The notes beneath the pieces were generated by a model. The model did no database searches. It was not told the DNA's origin and saw only the letters and a list, made by a program, of their open reading frames with translations. From the NCBI RefSeq assembly GCF_009914755.1, contig NC_060926.1: DNA of 64,000 bases; one strand, given 5' to 3'. The number at the start of each line of letters is the position of its first letter. Position 1 is the first letter of the stretch. Shown here in pieces: positions 20,490-33,650 of the stretch. A program made the position numbers and the translations under genes. Origin of the DNA: the human T2T-CHM13v2.0 reference genome, Homo sapiens.

Positions 20490-21320
20490 CAAACCGAGGC
20501 CCCTGCTTCACAGGCGGGCGGGCTTTGGGGTAGGAGCTGAATCCACGTAGGTCTGCCCGGTCCCACGCCTCAGTTCTGTCCCCACGCGGCAGGTTCCTGG
20601 AACGACATTCACCTTTGTTCAGGAACTCCGGTCTTACCGCCGCCCACGTGGAGTGGGATCCGAGCCAAGGGGGCCTCCCGAGCGGGGACTACAGTGCGCG
20701 CCACGGGCCACCAGGTGGCGCCGGGAGCCTGGGAAAGCCGCGCCCCGCCAGCGGCCGCGGGGTCTCCGGGCCGCCCTCGCAGGGCCCCTGGGCGGGGCCG
20801 GGGCGTCGCGGTGGGGCGCTTTCCGTTCTTTGGAAGAAGGGCTCTGGTCCCCCGCTTTCTTTCCATCTCAGACCCAGTGCGGAAACGTGGGGGATGAGCC
20901 TGGGCGCCTTCACCAAACGGAACCCCCTTTAATCTGATGTGAAGGCAAATCTCTCCACCGGGGGACCCGTTGGGTGCGGCGGAGACACCCTTCGGTGGCT
21001 GAGAAACCCTCAGACGCCGTGGAAGCACCAGGGGTCTGAGCGCCCAGTGCGGGAGGTGCGGGGCCGGCTTCCCTCCCCGGGGCTGGAGCCTTCAGGAGCG
21101 CCGCCCCCACCCGGCTTCCTCCGAGGGCAGTGCTGGACTCTGGCCTGGCCCCTGGCCGGCCGCTGCCCTTGGCCTCGTCCAACCCACACCCGCGGGGCGG
21201 AGGCTCCTGCTGTGCACAAGCCCGGGGCGCCGGGGTGGGGCGGCTGGGTCTGGGCCCAGGTGTCCCGAATCCAAAAGCATCCCACTGCGCTGCCTGTAAA
21301 TTAGCGATTTCGGATCTAGT
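20490..21320. promoter_or_regulatory. Intergenic (orphan) CpG island
   Basis: About 0.8 kb of very GC-rich, CpG-dense, non-Alu sequence with GC boxes (GGGCGGGGC at 20790), an E-box CACGTG at 20645-20650 and a NotI site; flanks are CpG-poor. Confidence 0.85.
20690..20722 (+). promoter_or_regulatory. Candidate CTCF site (core plus upstream motif)
   Basis: Core CCACCAGGTGGCGC at 20708-20721 fits consensus CCASYAGRKGGCRS; TACAGT (TGCAGT-like) begins 18 bp upstream. Confidence 0.7.
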
Positions 21321-23371
21321 GATGAGCAGAGGGGACAGAATAGCCCAGAGGCCGGGTAACTAACATGTGCGGGATCAAGGAAGGCGTTCGTGGGCAGCTA
21401 CTATTAGGGCTTTGAAGAATGCATAGAGGTTCTCTTAGGTGGTCAAAGTGGAAGGAAGAGGTTCTCTTAGGCAGAGGGAACAGCGTCTGCAAGGACACAC
21501 AGGAATGTGGCACGTGGTGTGTCCCGGAACTACAAACAGCTCTGGTTGCTGGAATGTGAAAAGTCAAGTATGGAGTGGTAGCAGTTGCCACAGAAGGGGG
21601 AGCGGGGCCAGATCGCCGAAGGCCTTGAATGCCATGCTCAGGGGCTTAGACTGCACTGCCCTGGGGAGTTTATAAGGGGGATGGATGTTTTTTGTTCTTG
21701 GCAGTGAAGTACCCAGGGAGCTTGCCCCTTACATAGGTCAGTGGTCTGAAAAACCTCCTTTTTGGCAAGCAGGGGCCTTTCGTGAAAGAAAAAAAAAATC
21801 CTATGGCACATAGATTCAAAAGCCAGGCCAGTGTGGAGCTGCCGGCAGTTTCCCTGTGAGCAGGAGGGAAAGGCGGGGCATCCCTGAGAAAGGAGCCATA
21901 GTCATCCCAGCCGGATGGCGTGGGAGAAATCTCAGGAGTCCATTATCCCCAAACACTAAAGTCCAGCAAAGTGCTGTGCCACATGTCATCCCCCACCCTC
22001 CACCTGCCTGCTGTAGTTGTGGCTGGAGGAGTAACTCACATTTTCCCTGGTCTTGTAGCAGACTGGGAAGAACCAAAAGCTGAATAGGGTGAGAGCATCC
22101 TCTTTCTTCTTCAGCTCTTTAGCCAAAGGACTCTTTCAATCCTGAGCTCGGAAAAGCAACCATGGACCAGCACTTCTCAACCCTGGTGGCTTTGAAAAAC
22201 ACTGTTGCCTATGGATCAGGGACAGCATTGTGGAGATCCTCCCTCTCAATTCCTTCATTTTATAGATGAAAACAGTGAAATCCAGAAAGGTTAAATGTCT
22301 CTCCAACAAGCATACGGCTAGGGGGTGGTAGAGCTGGGTCTATACCTAGTACCCAGGTGGAAATCGGATCCAGGGATTCTTTCAGCAAGCCTGAGACCCG
22401 GGCAGGTGTGGGGCGGGGCCGGTGGAGCAGAAACAGACCAGGCTGCAACTGCAGGGCTGCATGGAGGACCTGGGTGCAAGGTCCTCGGGGGACTCGTGGG
22501 GGATTCTCAGAACCCAGCCCCCAGGGCTTTTAGTATCTTCATTTTGATCACAATTTAAAATAGCAGTGGTTTGTGGGGGTTTTTTTGTTTGTTTTTCCCA
22601 ACAAGGAGATGGTGTAGTCAGTGATCAGACCTCGGTTGTGAAGTCAACTCGATTCAGCCTAGTCAAATGGCCGCTCGCTACTGGGGGAGCTTCCACCACT
22701 GCAGGGGCCATGCACCTGGCTTCAGCATTCTTCCTGGGCACGGGCATCCTTCTGCCCCTGCAGACTGGCAGAGCAGCAGAGGCAAAGTGGACAACTAGGG
22801 TGAGAAAGTGCTACAATGCGACCTGTGAGGAGGGGAGGTGGCCTCAGGGGTTATACCTGTCTTCAAGCCTTGGTGTCGTGGACAAAGTCTGACTTAAAGT
22901 CCTCTCCAGCACCTAGCTCCCAGCAGGCACTCACCATATGCCGCACGAAGGCACAGGCGATGAGTGTAGCTCCATGTGCTGGGTGCTAGGTTAGAGTCGA
23001 AGGGGTGGCAGTCAGTGCCTGGCATGTGGTGGGCACTCACTGGGGTTCTCTGCCTGGGCCACTCCCTTCTCTGGACCCTGGACCCTGGACCCTGGACAGG
23101 GATTTGAGTGGGGAGGGGCCTGCCTTCCTGGGAGGAAGTTACAGAATGGAGCAGGGTGGGGAGGGGAAGAGGTTTCAAACCATTTCCCACCGCCCCCTGG
23201 GGGGCATGGGCTATCTCTGGAGGTATGCTGTGCATGGGTCAGTGTGACCGAAAGGCAAGGGCTACTCTGCCTCTGACACCCAGGTCCGAGGCTTTGTATT
23301 CTTGAATTTGCCATCCAAAACCACAAAGTTGTTTTAAAAAACCCACGAAGTTGTTTAAAAGATACAAATTT

Positions 23372-24969
<1,598 letters not shown>

Positions 24970-25131
24970 TTCCTGTCTTCTTATATTAATGAGAAAAATA
25001 AAACGAAATAGTGGTAAAGTGTTGGGACGGTGACAATTTTTGGGGGGTGGCATGGAGAGATAATGGGCAATGTATCTCAGGGCTGCTTCGAGCGGGATTA
25101 GGGGCGGTGTGGGAACCTAGAGTGGGAGAGA

Positions 25132-25314
25132 TTAAGCTGAAGGAAGATTTTGTGGTAAGGGGTGATATTGTGGGGTTGTTAGAAGAAACATTTGTCGTGT
25201 AGAATTATTGGTGATGGCCTGGATACGGTTTTGTATGAACTGAAAAACTAAACGGAATAAGAGAAGGAGAAAAACAGGTATTAAAGGTCTAAGAATTGGG
25301 AGGACCCAGGACAT
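25132..25314 (-). pseudogene. HERV-H env remnant (transmembrane anchor and cytoplasmic tail only)
   Basis: SWVLPILRPLIPVFLLLLF...FIQNRIQAITN just upstream of the polypurine tract; most of env is absent. Confidence 0.75.
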
Positions 25315-26541
25315 CTAATTAGAGAGTGCCCAAGGAGGTTCCGCATAGCCCTGCCAGCAAAGATTATTTATTTACTTTAAGAGTTAAGAGTGGCGGTTTG
25401 GGGATAGCACCAGGAGATATCAGCTATGATGGCTTGGAGAAACAGTGTAAACTGGCAGTGTAAACAAGAGCAGGGCATGTATGAGTAGTTGAGAATGGTG
25501 AATAGGAGTATGACTAGACAGAAGACAGTAGGGAAGACAAGTTTTTTGGGGCACAGTCCAAGTGGGTCTGGTGTCTGGAATGAGACTGGGGCCTAATAAG
25601 AAGGAGCATCTATACGGGAGCTTAAATGGGCTGTACTTTGTAGCATTCTGAGGACAGGCCTGAATTCTGAGAAGGGAAAGTGGTAAAAGTATTGTCTATT
25701 CCTTTTTAAGTTGGTGGCTGAGCTTGGTGAGGTGTGTTTTTAAAAGACCTTTAGTCTGTTCTACTTTTCTTGAAGACTGAGGACTGTAAGGGATATAAAG
25801 GTTTCACTGAATACTAAGAGCTTGAAAAACTGCTTGGCTGATTTGACTAATAAAGGCTGGTCTGTTATCAGACTGTATAGAGGTGGGAAGGCTAAACTGA
25901 GGAATTATGTCTGACAGAAGGGAAGAAATGACTGTGGTGGCCTTCTCAGACCCTGTAGGAAAGGCCTCTCCCTATCTAGTGAAAGTGTCTACTTCGACTA
26001 AGAGGTATTTTAGTTTTTGTGACTCGGGGCATGTTGAGTAAAGCTAATTTGCCAGTGCTGGGCGGGGGGCAAACCCTTGAGCTTGCTGTGTAGGGAAGGG
26101 AGGGGGACTGAATAATCCTTGAGGAGTAGTAGAATAGCAGATGGAACACTGAGAAGTTATTTCCTTGAGGATAGATTTCTATGATGGAAAGGAAATGAGA
26201 GGTTCTAAGAGGCGGGCTAGTGGCTTGTACTATAGCATATCCTGCCTTTGCTGGTGTGTGGGTATTAGGCCTGGTGGAACTGCCATGAATAAGTGTGATC
26301 AGGGTGAGAAACAGGGAAGAAGGAAATGTGGGGAAATGGGGTGAACGTCAGGTGGATCAGAGAGATGCAGTCATGAGGGTCAGGTGTGGTATCAGCAGGA
26401 ATAATGTGGGAGGCGGGATTGAAGTCCGGGCCAGGAACAATGGTAATTGTGGGAGACTCAACAAAGAGTGAGTACAGCTGAAGGAGCCGGGGAGCAGAAA
26501 GTATATGTGTCAGGTGTGAGGAAGAAAATAGATTTTGGAAA

Positions 26542-27656
26542 TTATGAGAGCTGTAGAGAGTGAGTGGAGCATAGTTTGTGATTTTTAAGGGCCTCTAAAA
26601 GTATTAGGGTGGCAGCAGCCACTGCACGGAAACATAATGGCCAGCCTAAAACAGTAAGGTCAAGTTGTTTGGACAAAAAGGCTACAGGACGTGATCCCGG
26701 TCCTTGTGTAAGAATTCCGACTGCACAACCCTGCACTTCAGCCGTGTGTAATGAAAAGGATTGGGACGAGTCAGGGAGAGCTAGAGTGGGGGCAGTGTCT
26801 AAAGCTGTCTTCAAGGAATGAAAAGAGGAGTGGGGAAAGGATTTAGGATCTATGGGGTCAGCTAGGTTTCCTTTTGTGAGTTTATATAATGGTTTTGTTA
26901 GGATGGCAAAACCAGGTATCTAAAGGTGAAAGTATCTAACCATGCCTAGGAAGGAAAGGAGTTGTAGTTTTGTAGAAGGGGTTGGGGTGTGAGAGATTAG
27001 TTGGACACGATCGGCAGGGAGAGCATGTGTGTTTTTATGAGAATTATGCTGAGATAGGTAACAGATAAGGAAGAAATTTGGGCTTGACTGAAGTAATGGG
27101 GGCTGTCTGTGAAGCTTTGCGGCAGTACAGCCCAGGTAATTTACTGAGCCTGATGGGTGTCAGGGTCAGGCCAAGTGAAAGCGAAGAGAGGCTGGGATGA
27201 CGGGTGCAAAGGAATAGTAAAGAAAGCACGTTTGAGATCCAGAACAGAATAATGGATTGTGGAGGGAGGTATTGAGGATAGGAGAGTATATGGGTTTGGC
27301 ACCGTGGGGTGGATAGGCAAAACAATTTGGTTGATAAGGCATAGATCCTGAACTAACTTGTAAGGCTTGTCTGGTTTTAGGACAGGTAAAATGGGGGAAT
27401 TGTAAGGAGAGTTTGTAGGCTTTAAAAGGCCATGCTGTAGCAGGCGAGTGATAACAGGCTTTAATCCTTTCAAAGCATGCTGCGGGATGGGATACTGGCA
27501 TTGAGTGGGGTAAGGGTGATTAGGTTTTAATGAGATGGTAAGGGGTGCATGATCAGTCGCCAAGGAGGGAGTAGAGATCTTATACTTGTCGGTTAAGGTG
27601 GGGGAATACAAGAGGAGGACACAAAGGAGGCTTTGGATTGGGAAGAAGGGCGGCAA
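26542..27656 (-). pseudogene. HERV-H pol remnant (RT N-terminus and tether)
   Basis: SPYNSPILPVLKPDKPYKLVQDL, YSVLDLKRAFFTIPL, FAFTW, an in-frame TAA at 27141, then LPQSFTDSPHYFSQA and KTALDTAPTLALPD. Confidence 0.88.
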
Positions 27657-27749
27657 TGAGATGTAGCTGTAATCCAGGAATAGTCAGGGAAGCAGATAAT
27701 TTAGTTAAAGTGTCTCAGCCTAATAAGGGAACTGGGCAGGTGGGGATAA

Positions 27750-27938
27750 CTAAAAGGAGTGCTTAAAAGAGTATTGTCTAAGTTGGTAACAGAGTTGGGG
27801 AGTTTTAAGAGGTTTAGAAGCCTGGCTGTCAATACCTCCAACAGTTATGGAGGCAAGGGAAACAGGCCCTTGAAAAGAAGGCAATGTGGAGTGGGTAGCC
27901 TCCGTATTGATTAAGAAGGGGACGGACTTAGCCTCCAC
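27750..27938 (-). pseudogene. HERV-H protease remnant
   Basis: VPFLINTEATHSTLP: the retropepsin DTG active-site motif is mutated to NTE. Confidence 0.8.
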
Positions 27939-28018
27939 TGTGAAAGTTACTTAAAGTTCGGCGTCCGTGATGGTCTATGGGGCTTCCGAGGCGATCGGGC
28001 AGCGTCAGTCTTCAGCCG

Positions 28019-28330
28019 CTAAGCCAAGAAGATCTGGGAAGGAGTCAGAGAGCCTTCGGCCAGAGTTCCAGGGGCTCTGAGAGTGGCTGCCAGGTGAGTT
28101 GAACAGTCTGATTTCCAGTGGGGTCCTGCACAGATGGGACACGGCTTAGGAGGAATTCTGGGCTGTGGGCATTCCTTGACCTGGTGGCCAGATTTCTGGC
28201 ACTTGTAGCAAGCTTCTGGGGGAGGCGGGCCTGGAGGAATGCCTGGCCACTGCGGTTTAGGCGTTGGGAAGTTCTTGTGTGCTGGAGATGTGGCTGGGGT
28301 TTGTCTCACAGTGGAGGCAAGGAATTGCAA
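28019..28330 (-). pseudogene. HERV-H gag remnant (nucleocapsid with two CCHC zinc knuckles)
   Basis: CYKCQKSGHQVKEC and CPICAGPHWKSDC, both CX2CX4HX4C-like; upstream gag is disrupted. Confidence 0.88.
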
Positions 28331-29337
28331 CTCAGAAATATGTTGCTATTTGGCTGCCTCTATTATTGTACACCTTGAAGGCGAGGTTAATTAAGTCCTG
28401 TTGTGGAGTTTGAGGGCTGGAATTTAATTTTTGGAGTTTTATTTAATGTCAGGAGCAGATTGGGTAATAAAATGCATATTGAGAATAAGATGGCCTTTTG
28501 ACCTTTTAGGGGCTAGGGCTGTAAAGTGTCTCAGGGTTGCTGCCAAACGAGCCATGAACTGGGCTGGGTTCTTATATTTGATGAAAAAGAGCCTAAACGC
28601 TATCTGATTTGGGATAAAGAAAAAGGAGCATTAACCTTGACTATGCCTTTAGCTCCAGCCACCTTTTTAAGAGTAAATTGCTGGGCAGGTGGGGGAGGGC
28701 TAGTCATGGAACGAAACTGTAAGCCGGACCCGGTGTGAGGAGGGGAGGTGATAAAAGGATTATAGGGTGGAGGAGCAGAGGCTGAGGAAGAATTGGGACC
28801 TAGCTTGGCCTGGTGAGGAGCAGCCTGGGGAGGAGGGGAGAGGTCAGATGGGTCTGTAGAAAAGGAAGATTAGAAAGACTCAGCGACACTTCGGGTTGGG
28901 ACTGAGGGGACAGGCGGGAGGGAAAGAAGGAAGATTTGGGGTGAGTTGCATTGGGCACAGACTAGGGAGGGACTGATGTGTAAAAGAATGCCTGGATATC
29001 AGGCAGCTCAGACCGTTTGCCTATTTTACGACAAGAATTATTTAGATCTTGCAGGATGGAAAAATTGAAAGTGCCGTTTTCTGGCTATTTGGAACTACTG
29101 TCAAGTTTGTATTGCGGTCAAGCAGCATTGCAGAAGAAAATAAGACATTTAGGTTTTAGGTCCAGCGTGAGTTGAAGAGGTTTTAAGTTCTTGAGAGCAC
29201 AGGCGAAGGGAGACAGAGGAATGGAGGGTGGAATGTTGCCCGTAGTGAAGGAGGCAAGCCTAGAGAAAAGAGAGAGTAGAGACACGGAGGAAAGGGGTTC
29301 GGGGGTTCTTAACTTCCAGAAAAGCGTGAAAGGGGTC

Positions 29338-29483
29338 GGGGCGTGGAAATAAGGGGTTGGGGCGCAGAGATAAGAGGTCGGGGTGTGGAAATAAGGGATG
29401 GGGCACAGAAATAAGAGGTCAGGGTGCAGAAATAAGGGATTGGGGCACAGAGATAAGAGGTCGGGGCATGGAAATAAGGGATT
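29338..29483. repeat. About 21-bp tandem repeat (7 units) in the HERV-H leader
   Basis: Alternating GGGGCRTGGAAATAAGGGATT and GGGGCACAGAGATAAGAGGTC type units. Confidence 0.8.
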
Positions 29484-30069
29484 GGGGGTTCTTGCCCCTT
29501 AGAAAAGTGGGACTTGCTGCTAAGGGTGAGGGAGAAGGGGTTGAGGGGTTCTTGCCTCTCCCCCAGAAAAGCAGAGAAGGGGTAGAGACACGGAGAGAAG
29601 GGGTTGGGGTACTTGCTCCTCCCCCAGAAAAGCGGGACTTGCCGCTAAGGGTGAAGGACCAAGGCAGGCATCCTTGCATGGTCTGACACCTCTGAAACGT
29701 GGGTGAATAATCAGACAGGTGTCCCTGCAATGATTAAACACCAAGGAAAGCCTGCCTTCCCAGTCCGTGACCGATGCTGGAGTTTGGGTTCATGGATAAA
29801 ACGTGTCTCCTTTGTCGCTACCAGAAAATGAAAGGAATTGAAATTAAGAGAAGGGAGAGATTGAAGTGTGGTGCCAAGATTGAAAGGAGAAAGAGGTTGA
29901 GGGATAGAGAGGTTGGAGAAGACAGTAAAAAGAGACTGCTTACTGGATTTGAAATTGGTGAGGTGTTTCTTGGGCTGGTCGGTCTGAGGACCTGAGGTCG
30001 TAGGTGGATCTTTCTCACAGAGCAAAGAGCAGGAGGACAGGGGATTGATCTCCCAAGGGAGGTACCCTG

Positions 30070-30087
30070 ATCCGAGTCATGGCACCA
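30070..30087 (-). other. tRNA-His primer-binding site
   Basis: TGGTGCCATGACTCGGAT, 2 nt after the 5' LTR; one mismatch to TGGTGCCGTGACTCGGAT, the complement of the tRNA-His 3' end. Confidence 0.92.
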
Positions 30088-30089
30088 AA

Positions 30090-30492
30090 TTTCATTCGCG
30101 TCCGTGTGAAGAGACCACCAAACAGGCTTTGTGTGAGCAATAAAGCGTTTAATCACCTGGGTGCAGGTGGGCTGAGTCCGAAAAGAGAGTCAGCGAAGGG
30201 AGATAGGGGTGGGGCCGTTTTATAGGATTTGGGTAGGTAAAGGAAAAAGGGGGGTTGTTCTCTGGCGGGCAGGAGTGGGGGGTCACAAGGTACTCAGTGG
30301 GGGAGCTTTTGAGCCAGGATGAGCCAGGAGAAGGAATTTCACAAGACAATGTCATCAGTAAAGGCAGGAACAGGCCATTTTCACTTCTTTTGTGGTGGAA
30401 TGTCATCAGTTAAGGCTGGAACCAGCCATCTGGATGTGTACATGCAGGTCACCGGGGATATGATGGCATAGCTTGGGCTCAGAGGCCTGACA
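30090..30492 (-). mobile_element. HERV-H 5' LTR (LTR7)
   Basis: Precedes the PBS; TATAAAA at 30218-30224, GC/KLF-type box 30206-30215, ATTAAA 30148-30153, ACAAAAGA 30386-30393. Confidence 0.95.
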
Positions 30493-32456
30493 GTTTCTGA
30501 ATAGTGGGTTGGGGATTTCAGACTCTCAAAACACAAGAACATTGTAAGAAAATTTGACATTTAAAACTTATTAAGCCTCACTTTGTTACTTTTATTTTTT
30601 AAAAGATGTTGATGGATTATAGAATTAGTGATGTTTAATCCAGTTGAGTTTTGGAGTCAGCCAGTCTCGAGTTAAATCCCATCCCTGCTACTTCACTATT
30701 TGAGCAAACAACTTAATCTGTCTCCAATGCACCCCTCCCCTCTTCCACCTACAAAATGGCATAATCATAGGGCTGTTTTTGGGGATTCTAGGAAATGTAG
30801 GTTACAGTGACTGGTATACCATAAGTGCTCGACAAATTGTCCTTGTTACTCTTTCCTTAAACACAAACCCCTGCTCAAGTGAAATGTTTATTTTCTCCAT
30901 CTTTGTAATTCCAAGTCAAAGTCTATGGTAGAGTTGTTGGAAGAGAATCTCAAATAATTAACTGGGTCTAAAATAATCCTGGCTTTTTTCTAGAATCTTT
31001 TTTTTTTTTTTTTTTGGCTTAAAAATGTCAACCTAAAATATTCTCTTTTTCTTCAATATCTACACAATAAACCAATCACAATGAACCACCAGGCAGAGGG
31101 CATGGCGTTGAGCTGGTTTGCTCCTATTCTTGGGTATGGTCCTCCAGGGCTTCCCATCTGAGCCTCAGGTATCTGTAACTACCTCAGTGGATTCCTACTG
31201 ATGAGAGGTTTTCAGCTAAGCTCTTCAGGTTCCTGCTCCACACAGCTCCCAAAATCTGGCAAAAGTCATGAATCACAGACTAGATATGTATGTATTTGAA
31301 GTGGAGATTCCCTTTAAAAGGTACAAGCAGGTTACATGTAAACCTGGATTGTCATGCAAATTCTTGATGGTGACAGAGATATAGTACCTCCTGTGCAGCT
31401 GATTTGAGGCCACGACTCAATTCTAGCAAGGAAAGACAATACTTCTGGTCCAAGGCATTTAAGAACTAGGATGTCCCCTCCTTTCCTGCCTTCCTCTCCT
31501 GTAACTACAGATTGATGTGACTAGAACCATAAGATGCAAGCAGCCTGGATGCCCCAGCCACCACCTGGAGAAGAGAGCTGTCTTGTAAAGTTGCCTAGGA
31601 GTTACCAAGCTCAGTGTGGATTTTGCATAATTGAGAAACAAACCTTTTGGGGGGGTTAATTTGTTACTATAGCTTATCCTGTTTTCATTTCACACTAAGA
31701 TGTGGGGTGCGGGGGGGCAGGGACCATGAAGATTTCATAGTTTTGGAAAAAACAATGAAACAAGAACACCTAACAACACGTTCATGATGCAGTCTAGGGA
31801 AGTAGCTGAGAAAGGTACATGGAGAGAAAGTTCCCATGTTTGGCTTTTTGTCAATTAAACAGTATTTACTAAAATTTATTAAATAACTTGTATATGGTAC
31901 AATATTAGTCTATCAGAAAAGGGTAAACGGACACAGAATAGTCATTTTTTGTAGAGACACAGTCTCCCTATATTGCCCAGGCTGGTGTTAAACTCCTGGG
32001 CTCAAGCGATCCTCCCACCAGCCTTCCAAAGTGCTGGGATTGCAGGCACGTGAGCCACCTCGCCCAGGCCGGAAGAGTAATTGTAACCTACGTATATTTC
32101 TTGTAGAGACCAGGATCAGGCTTTAATTTTAAATTGTGTGGTAATGGCAAACTACTACAGCTGTCAATGTTTCCAACATGATCTTATTCAACTCAGTGAC
32201 CCAATGAAGGAAACAGTTCTAGTGCCAAGATGGTTGATTTGTGAGAGGAGCTTTTTGAAGTGTTTATATTACAAGTTCAAAACAAGTCACTTTGCCACTT
32301 TTATTTTGCAGTGCCAGGCCAATAAATGGGGGAATGTTGTTCTTCTAACTAACGTGGCAGTGAGAACTCTGCTTTTCCAAATTTTATCTCTGAATATAGT
32401 TTTTTACAGAGATGTGGGGAGGAGTAAACTTTATACAATGAATTTCCGTGGTGGAA

Positions 32457-32807
32457 CAGCGGTCCCCAACCTTTGTGGTGCCAGGGACTGGTTTCATGGA
32501 AGACAATTTGTGGAAGACAGTTTTTCCTCGGATGGGAGTTGAGGGCATGGTTTCAGGATGAAACTGTTCCACCTCAGATCATCAGGCATTAGATTCTTAT
32601 AAGGAGCGCCCAGCCTTCGATCCCTTGAATGAGCAGTTCACAGTAGGGTTTGTGCTCCTGAGACCCTAATGCCGCCTCTGATCTGACAGGCGATGATGCT
32701 CAGGCAGTAATGCTTACTCAACAGCCCATCACCTCTTGCTGTGCAGCCAGTTTGCTAACAAGCCACAGACCAGTACCAGTCTGTGGCTTGGGGTTTGGGG
32801 ACCCTTG
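32457..32807. mobile_element. MER1-type (hAT-Charlie) non-autonomous DNA transposon
   Basis: Terminal inverted repeats CAGCGGTCCCCAACC ... GGTTTGGGGACCCTTG; internal GAAACTGTTCCACCTCAGATCATCAGGCATTAGATTCT. Confidence 0.8.
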
Positions 32808-33412
32808 CTGCAGAACATGAAACTTGGCTTAAGCAATTTCCATGGTCATTAGTGGAATGAATATCTTCCATATCTGCCACTGGAAAGTCTATCACTTTTT
32901 CTAAGTCTTGGTCACAAATATGCCAATTTACAATTAAGGGTTACTACTTTCCTTATTGTGTAATTTTTTAAAAATCAGCAAAGAAACATCTTAAACTGCA
33001 CTTTAGCATAGCTTCAGTCCCCTAAAGGTTATTTCGTTCCCCCAAACTACAAAGCACATATTGTTTTAGTCAAATGTAAGGGTATGTTTGAATACTAAAA
33101 TGCTATCGACATACGACAAATAACCCTACTCATGTTGCTTAAGTGTACTTAAAGTTTCTCATCTTACACAAACTTTGTTGGTATATGGCTAATTCTGCAT
33201 CTAGAATAATGCATGATCTCATTCTTTCAAGCTGAATTTCTTTTAAAGCTTTTTCACTAAAAGCTGTATACACACGTCTTTACTTCTGGGAAGGAAGCTC
33301 ACAGAAATTAAACTTTAAAAATATTTCTACTATGGCCGGATGCAGTGGCTCACACCTGTAATCCCAGCACTTTGGGAGGCCGAAGTGAGTGGATCACGAG
33401 GTCAGAAGTTCA

Positions 33413-33598
<186 letters not shown>

Positions 33599-33602
33599 TT
33601 AA

Positions 33603-33650
<48 letters not shown>

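Noticed and set aside
20609-21363. Stack of overlapping ORFs on both strands in the CpG island
   Set aside because: Expected from stop-codon scarcity at very high GC content; low-complexity G/P/R/A products, mostly non-ATG starts, no recognisable domain.
29338-29483. Regularly spaced repeats that might suggest a CRISPR-like array
   Set aside because: Contiguous tandem units with no unique spacers, inside a HERV-H leader in eukaryotic DNA.
30070-30087. tRNA-His-like sequence
   Set aside because: Only the 18-nt retroviral primer-binding site, not a tRNA gene.
32138-32542. 134-aa ORF in the intergenic gap
   Set aside because: No recognisable domain, runs into the MER1 element, and has no supporting exon structure.
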